Shown here in pieces: positions 59,278 to 64,000 of a stretch of 64,000 nucleotides of DNA. The notes under the pieces were generated by a model. It did no database searches and was not told the origin of the DNA. It worked only from the letters and a program-made list of their open reading frames with translations. Each line of letters begins with the position of its first letter. Position 1 is the stretch's first letter. Origin of the DNA: Candidatus Woesearchaeota archaeon (GTDB lineage: Archaea > Nanobdellota > Nanobdellia > Pacearchaeales > GW2011-AR1); NCBI GenBank assembly GCA_964592915.1, contig CAZQGH010000002.1, positions 6,435 through 70,434 of the forward strand. The letters are read 5' to 3'. Made by a program: the position numbers and the translations under genes.

Positions 59278-60348
59278 ATGGAAGAGGAAAATCCTGAAAA
59301 AAACAATTCTGAACAAGAAACTAATAGGAATTCTGAAGAAGATAATAAAGAAGTTAAAGGAATAAAAAAAGAAAAAATTGTTGAAATTAAAAAACCTAGT
59401 AATGTAGATAAAGTAAAATCAAATCCGTGGATTCTTGCTACAATTGTTTTAGGTGTTTTATGTGTTGTTTTAATAATCATGCTTTTAAATGGGAGTATTG
59501 GAGTAACAGGAAATTTTGTTGCTGTAAATACTGCTGGTGAAGAAGCTGTTGATTTGATTGATAATGTTTTTGGAGTTGAGATGGAATATGTTAATGGTAA
59601 AGAAGTTGATGGTGTTTATCAGCTAGATTTCAAATTGGAAGATAATCCTGTAACTTTAAGAGCTACAAAAGACTTTTCATTTTTAATGCTGCCAGATGGC
59701 AGATGGCTAAGAACTGCAGATTATGATGAAGATGCAATAGCCCAGATTCAGGCTGCACAAGAACAAACAGAACAGCAAACTCCTCAAGAAATTCCTAAAT
59801 CTGATAATCCTCAAATTGAATTATTTATAATGACTCATTGTCCTTATGGAACTCAGGCAGAAAAAGGTTTTGTTCCAGCTATAAAAACTTTAGGAGATGA
59901 AGCTAATGCTAAAATAAGATTTGTTCATTACTTTATGCATGAGCCCGAAGAAGAAGAAACACTAAGGCAGGTGTGCATTAGAGAAGAACAGGAAGATAAA
60001 TGGTTAGATTATTTAGAGTGTTTCTTAGAAGACGGAGACTCAGCAAGATGCATTGAAGAAGTTAAAATAAATGAGGAAAATTTAAATGATTGTATTGAAA
60101 ACAGAGCTGATGGATATTATGGAGAAGATTCAGCATTAAGTGAGCAGTATGGTGTAAGAGGTTCACCAACTTTAGTAATTGATGGTGAAATAGTTTCATC
60201 TGGAAGAAGTCCTGATGCGATGCTGACAACTATATGCTCATCTTATAATACTGAGCCTGATGCTTGTTCAGCGGAATTAGCAAGTGAAAATCCAAGCCCA
60301 GGTTTTGGATATACTGGAAGCGGAACAGCTACAGATGCTCAATGTTAA
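59278..60348 (+). CDS. membrane-anchored thioredoxin-fold (DsbA/GILT-like) protein
   Basis: TM segment; LFIMTHCPYG; YGVRGSPTLVIDG cis-Pro loop. Confidence 0.75.
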   Translation: MEEENPEKNNSEQETNRNSEEDNKEVKGIKKEKIVEIKKPSNVDKVKSNPWILATIVLGVLCVVLIIMLLNGSIGVTGNFVAVNTAGEEAVDLIDNVFGVEMEYVNGKEVDGVYQLDFKLEDNPVTLRATKDFSFLMLPDGRWLRTADYDEDAIAQIQAAQEQTEQQTPQEIPKSDNPQIELFIMTHCPYGTQAEKGFVPAIKTLGDEANAKIRFVHYFMHEPEEEETLRQVCIREEQEDKWLDYLECFLEDGDSARCIEEVKINEENLNDCIENRADGYYGEDSALSEQYGVRGSPTLVIDGEIVSSGRSPDAMLTTICSSYNTEPDACSAELASENPSPGFGYTGSGTATDAQC

Positions 60349-60386
60349 ATGATAAATTCTAATCTAAATTTTTGAGGTTAATTGAA

Positions 60387-60734
60387 ATGAAAATATCTGA
60401 ATTGCAAATTGGTCAGGGAAAAGCTGATGTAGAAGGAGAAATTGTAGAAGTGGGAGAAGCCAAAACTTTTAACAAGTTCGGCAAGGATTTAAGAGTTGCA
60501 AATGCAACTATTAAAGATGATTCCGGAGAAGTGACTTTAACTTTATGGAATGAGGACATTGAGAAAGTTAAGAAAGGAGATAAAGTTAAGGTAAGTAACG
60601 GGTATGTTAACCAGTTTAACGGAGAAAAACAGCTTACATCAGGTAAGTTTGGCCAGATTGAAGTTGAAGGAGAAGAGCCGGAAAAAGAAGAAGAGAACCA
60701 GGACAAAAAGCAAGAAGAAAAGAAAGAAGAGTAA
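60387..60734 (+). CDS. ssb: single OB-fold ssDNA-binding protein with acidic tail
   Basis: MKISEL, VANATIKDDSG.V.LTLWN, GD.V...NGYV..F.G..QL..GKFG. Confidence 0.85.
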   Translation: MKISELQIGQGKADVEGEIVEVGEAKTFNKFGKDLRVANATIKDDSGEVTLTLWNEDIEKVKKGDKVKVSNGYVNQFNGEKQLTSGKFGQIEVEGEEPEKEEENQDKKQEEKKEE

Positions 60735-60774
60735 TTTTATATTTAATCTTTTCTGTATTTTATTGTTTACTAAT

Positions 60775-61938
60775 TTATTTTTCCAAAAATTCCATCTCTT
60801 TTTCATCTAATTTTAATTGTTTTTGAATATCTTTATCTTTTAAGAAATTTTTAATTAATGAGAATTCTCGTAGTGCGCGTTTTTTGTTTGTATGAGTGTA
60901 TTTTGCATATTTTTCAGCTATTGATTTTTTATATTTTAATTTTTGATTCATGAGCCATATTTTTAATATTCTTTTTGGTCTTTGATATTTAGTAAAGCCA
61001 CTTTTTGGAGCAGATTTAGCAGCTGATACTCCTATTGATAATAAGAAATTTTCATAAACCAAAAACCTCCAGTGTTGTTGTCTGTAAATTCTTCCTCTGA
61101 ATACATCTGCTTTGCTTACTGCATCTATTGCTTTTGCTAATGCTTCCCCTTCATACTCTCTGGGTATATTTTCTTCGACCCATAAAAATATTTCATCTAA
61201 TCTCATATTCACTTTGTCAAAGGCTCTTAGAGTTTCGTAACTTGGAGCAGACTGAAAGACAAATTTTAAAGTGTGGAAAATATCCTGTTTTTTGTCTCTT
61301 TCATGTATGTCTTCATGAGCTGTATTTTTGCCTAATGTTTGCAAATCATTTATTGCTGCTCTTATGTCTCCTTTTGTTTTTATTGCAACACTTTTTAATA
61401 GTTCATCATCAATATCAAAATTCTCTTTTCTTGAGATGTTTTTCAGAATATTAAAGATTACTTTGTAGTCTACTTCTTTGATTTGAATGATTTCAGCTTT
61501 TTTTCTCAGATTCGAGAATTTTTTATCCCATATATCGTTTGCAGTTAGTATAAGCGGGAAATTGGAGTTATTTATTAATAAGATTAGCTCTGGTAATCCT
61601 CCTCTGTCATCTCTTGTTATTCCGTCTATTTCATCTACCAACAATATCTTGCCCTTTTTCCCAAATAATGATTGCTGTTCTGAAGCTCCTTTCAAAACTG
61701 TTTTTATGCTCTCTCTGTCTCTTAAATCTGAGGCATTTAACTCTATTATTTCTAAATTTGTTTCTTCAGATAAGGCATAGGCTAGTGAAGTTTTGCCTGT
61801 TCCCGGCGGTCCACTTAAGATTAAAGCTTTTTTCTTAGGAAAATTATTCATAAAGCTTTTTACTCTTGCAACTACATTATCCTGTCCTTTTATATCTGCA
61901 AAACATTTTGCCTGATATTTATCACATAGAGTTTTCAT
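60775..61938 (-). CDS. rfcL: replication factor C large subunit
   Basis: [43 protein letters not shown]. Confidence 0.93.
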   Translation of the reverse strand: MKTLCDKYQAKCFADIKGQDNVVARVKSFMNNFPKKKALILSGPPGTGKTSLAYALSEETNLEIIELNASDLRDRESIKTVLKGASEQQSLFGKKGKILLVDEIDGITRDDRGGLPELILLINNSNFPLILTANDIWDKKFSNLRKKAEIIQIKEVDYKVIFNILKNISRKENFDIDDELLKSVAIKTKGDIRAAINDLQTLGKNTAHEDIHERDKKQDIFHTLKFVFQSAPSYETLRAFDKVNMRLDEIFLWVEENIPREYEGEALAKAIDAVSKADVFRGRIYRQQHWRFLVYENFLLSIGVSAAKSAPKSGFTKYQRPKRILKIWLMNQKLKYKKSIAEKYAKYTHTNKKRALREFSLIKNFLKDKDIQKQLKLDEKEMEFLEK

Positions 61939-62359
61939 CTTGTATTTGGTTTATTTTATTCAAATCTCCGTTTAGTAAAGTAATATTCATAGCTTTTATT
62001 TCGTCTGTATAAGGCATTTCTGGAATTGAATTCAGGAGAAATATTTTTTTACCTAGAATGTGCGCATAAGCCATTTCAATTAATGCATTACCTCCAATAT
62101 AATTTTTAATTCCTTTTTTTTCATTGTTGATAATAAGTATTGCATCATTATCTTTTATCAGATTATAATAAGTTAGGTATAAATCATAATCCATTTTGTT
62201 TTGGACAGCTGCTTTGTGCATTTCTTCTGATGATTCTAATTTTAAATAATCTTCTATAAACTCTGGCAATTTAACTTCATGACCTAAATCCGTTATTTTC
62301 TTACCTGTTTCTGCCATTTCTTTGGCAAAACTTATGCTTCCTAATATTAGTATTTTCAT
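61922..62359 (-). CDS. nucleoside 2-deoxyribosyltransferase-like fold protein
   Basis: I.I.GS, DAILIIN, YIGGNALIEMAYA..LGKKIFLL. Confidence 0.55.
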   Translation of the reverse strand: MKILILGSISFAKEMAETGKKITDLGHEVKLPEFIEDYLKLESSEEMHKAAVQNKMDYDLYLTYYNLIKDNDAILIINNEKKGIKNYIGGNALIEMAYAHILGKKIFLLNSIPEMPYTDEIKAMNITLLNGDLNKINQIQDENSM

Positions 62360-62661
62360 TTATATTCTGAAATTCTTTTTTTAAATTTTTCAAGAGTATT
62401 AGATGCAAATTCGTTAATGTTATCAGGATTGATTTCAATTCTGTTTAAAATTGAGATTATATTAAACATAACATCTCCTGCTTCTTCTTTTATATGCTCT
62501 TTTGAATCAGTTTTATCTCTTGAGTATCTTCCTCTGTATTTTTGAACTGCGTTATTAAACTCTCCTAATTCCTGAGTTAATTTATTTAGAATATCATCTA
62601 TATTTAATCCTATTCCATCTTCAATCTTTTTTGCTTCATCTGCAATTTCTTTAAATTTCAT
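62356..62661 (-). CDS. MazG-like nucleotide pyrophosphohydrolase
   Basis: KLTQELGEF..AV...KEEAGDVMF. Confidence 0.78.
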   Translation of the reverse strand: MKFKEIADEAKKIEDGIGLNIDDILNKLTQELGEFNNAVQKYRGRYSRDKTDSKEHIKEEAGDVMFNIISILNRIEINPDNINEFASNTLEKFKKRISEYK

Positions 62662-62673
62662 TTTCTATGTCAT

Positions 62674-63003
62674 TTATACTTTCTGAAATCCCTCAAAATG
62701 GATTTTTTCATCATCATAAACTTCTAAAATCTCATATAATCCTTTTGTCCATACTTGGTTATCAATCAAAAAATGGGTTGCTTCAATTATCCTAATGCTT
62801 GCTAAAGGTCTTGATAATCGGCTTCCATCAGTTTCAACAAGAGGAATTTCTCCTTCTAACCAGTAATTTCTTTGCTCTTTTTTTAAAAATTTGTGAGCTT
62901 CTTTTGGTGTTAATAAAAAAGGAAGGCATTCTGCTTCTTCTCTATCTGGAGTATCATGAGCTCTTAATGCTAAATCAGGATTATATTCTGTTTGTATTCC
63001 CAT
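62674..63003 (-). CDS. hypothetical protein (possibly DUF2584-like)
   Basis: MGIQTEYN.DLAL...F.K.EQR.Y....IPL...TKG.YEI.EVY pattern. Confidence 0.5.
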   Translation of the reverse strand: MGIQTEYNPDLALRAHDTPDREEAECLPFLLTPKEAHKFLKKEQRNYWLEGEIPLVETDGSRLSRPLASIRIIEATHFLIDNQVWTKGLYEILEVYDDEKIHFEGFQKV

Positions 63004-63018
63004 TTTTTATTATTTGAA

Positions 63019-63981
63019 TTATCCCTTCCCCAGTCCAGCTAATACAAATGAAGCTATTAATGCTTCTAACTGAATAAATTCGTCACTTCCTTCAACCATC
63101 CTAAACTCAATTTCTCCTGTTTTTTCAGTTAGCTTGACTTTGATTTCTGGCTCTATTTCTAAGTTCCAGATTTCTTTTTGTATTGCTTTTATTATATCTT
63201 GTCCTGAAATTGATTCTTTTAACATAATATCTAATAATTTATCTTTTGCATTTTGAAAATCTCCTGATAAAGCATAATCCAACACAATTTTGATATCTTT
63301 AGGTTTTGCTGATGCTACAACTGTATCAATTAAATCAGGAGTGATTTTTGGGGAGATTGAGGCAGTTGACTGCAATAAGTTCACAACTCTTCTTGCATCT
63401 CCTTCAGCTGACTCGTATAATGAGTCAATTGCTTTATCTTCAATTTCTAAACTTTCACCTTGAACAATGTTTCTTATTATTTTTTCAATATCTTTTTTTT
63501 CTAAAAGCTTAAATCTAAATATCGCACATCTTGATTGTATTGGATCGATGATTTTTGAAGAGTAATTACATGATAATATAAATCTGCATGTATTAGTGAA
63601 ATTTTCCATAGTTCTTCTTAATGCCTGTTGGGCTTCTCTTGTTAAAGCATCAGCTTCATCTAAGAAAATAACTTTAAATGGGATGTCAATTAGAGATTTT
63701 GTTCTGGCAAAGTTTTTAACTTTCTGCCTTACTACATCAATTCCTCTTTCATCTGAGGCATTTAATTCTAAGTAGTTTTCTCTCCATCTGTCTCCAAATA
63801 AATCTTTAACTGTAACTAGAGCTAAAGTTGATTTTCCGGTTCCTGCTGGCCCTGCAAATAGCAAATGGGGTATGTTCATTGCATTAGTCAGATTCTTAAC
63901 TCTTTTTACAATCTCTTCCTGCCCGATAACCTCTTCAAAATTTGAAGGACGATACTTTTCAGTCCAGATTTGACTTGACAT
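63019..63981 (-). CDS. rfcS: replication factor C small subunit
   Basis: WTEKYRP, GPAGTGKST, ELNASDERGIDVVR, DEADALT..AQQALRRTME, IQSRC; no intein. Confidence 0.96.
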   Translation of the reverse strand: MSSQIWTEKYRPSNFEEVIGQEEIVKRVKNLTNAMNIPHLLFAGPAGTGKSTLALVTVKDLFGDRWRENYLELNASDERGIDVVRQKVKNFARTKSLIDIPFKVIFLDEADALTREAQQALRRTMENFTNTCRFILSCNYSSKIIDPIQSRCAIFRFKLLEKKDIEKIIRNIVQGESLEIEDKAIDSLYESAEGDARRVVNLLQSTASISPKITPDLIDTVVASAKPKDIKIVLDYALSGDFQNAKDKLLDIMLKESISGQDIIKAIQKEIWNLEIEPEIKVKLTEKTGEIEFRMVEGSDEFIQLEALIASFVLAGLGKG

Positions 63982-64000
63982 AATGAATTCAGTTTTTGTA

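Overview
AT-rich archaeal chromosomal segment with a gene set typical of a DPANN archaeon, most likely Pacearchaeota/Woesearchaeota-like (inferred from gene content): aRF1, Rpl15e, Rpo11, TFS, Cdc48, RFC S/L, RadB, aNAC, Sec61-beta, a bacterial-type gyrase gyrBA, Topo IA, DinB and Ser/Met/Val tRNA synthetases. Three tRNA genes are present: Lys-CTT, intron-containing Gly-CCC and Ile-GAT. No rRNA, CRISPR array, integrase or transposase was seen. The main unexplained signal is a dispersed, modular palindromic element family with at least four loci (14757-14926, 40375-40425, 43868-43920, 58439-58521). It is built from covarying stem-loops with the core CTTC-[hairpin]-GAYAGTGCTC-[AGAAATC..GATTTCY]-GACA. 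One copy is inserted in frame (51 nt, 17 aa) in prephenate dehydratase, one rewrites the C-terminus of aNAC, one is an apparent head-to-head composite, and one is a short form ending in a GNRA-capped hairpin. Other points: a decaying aromatic amino acid cluster between the two halves of a split MetRS; a decayed DUF6884 + GIY-YIG-like cassette at tRNA-Lys; a three-gene MazG/NDT-like cassette splitting rfcS-rfcL; degenerate repair enzymes (Fe-S-less Nth, EndoV with altered metal ligands); and a natural GyrA S83L-equivalent.
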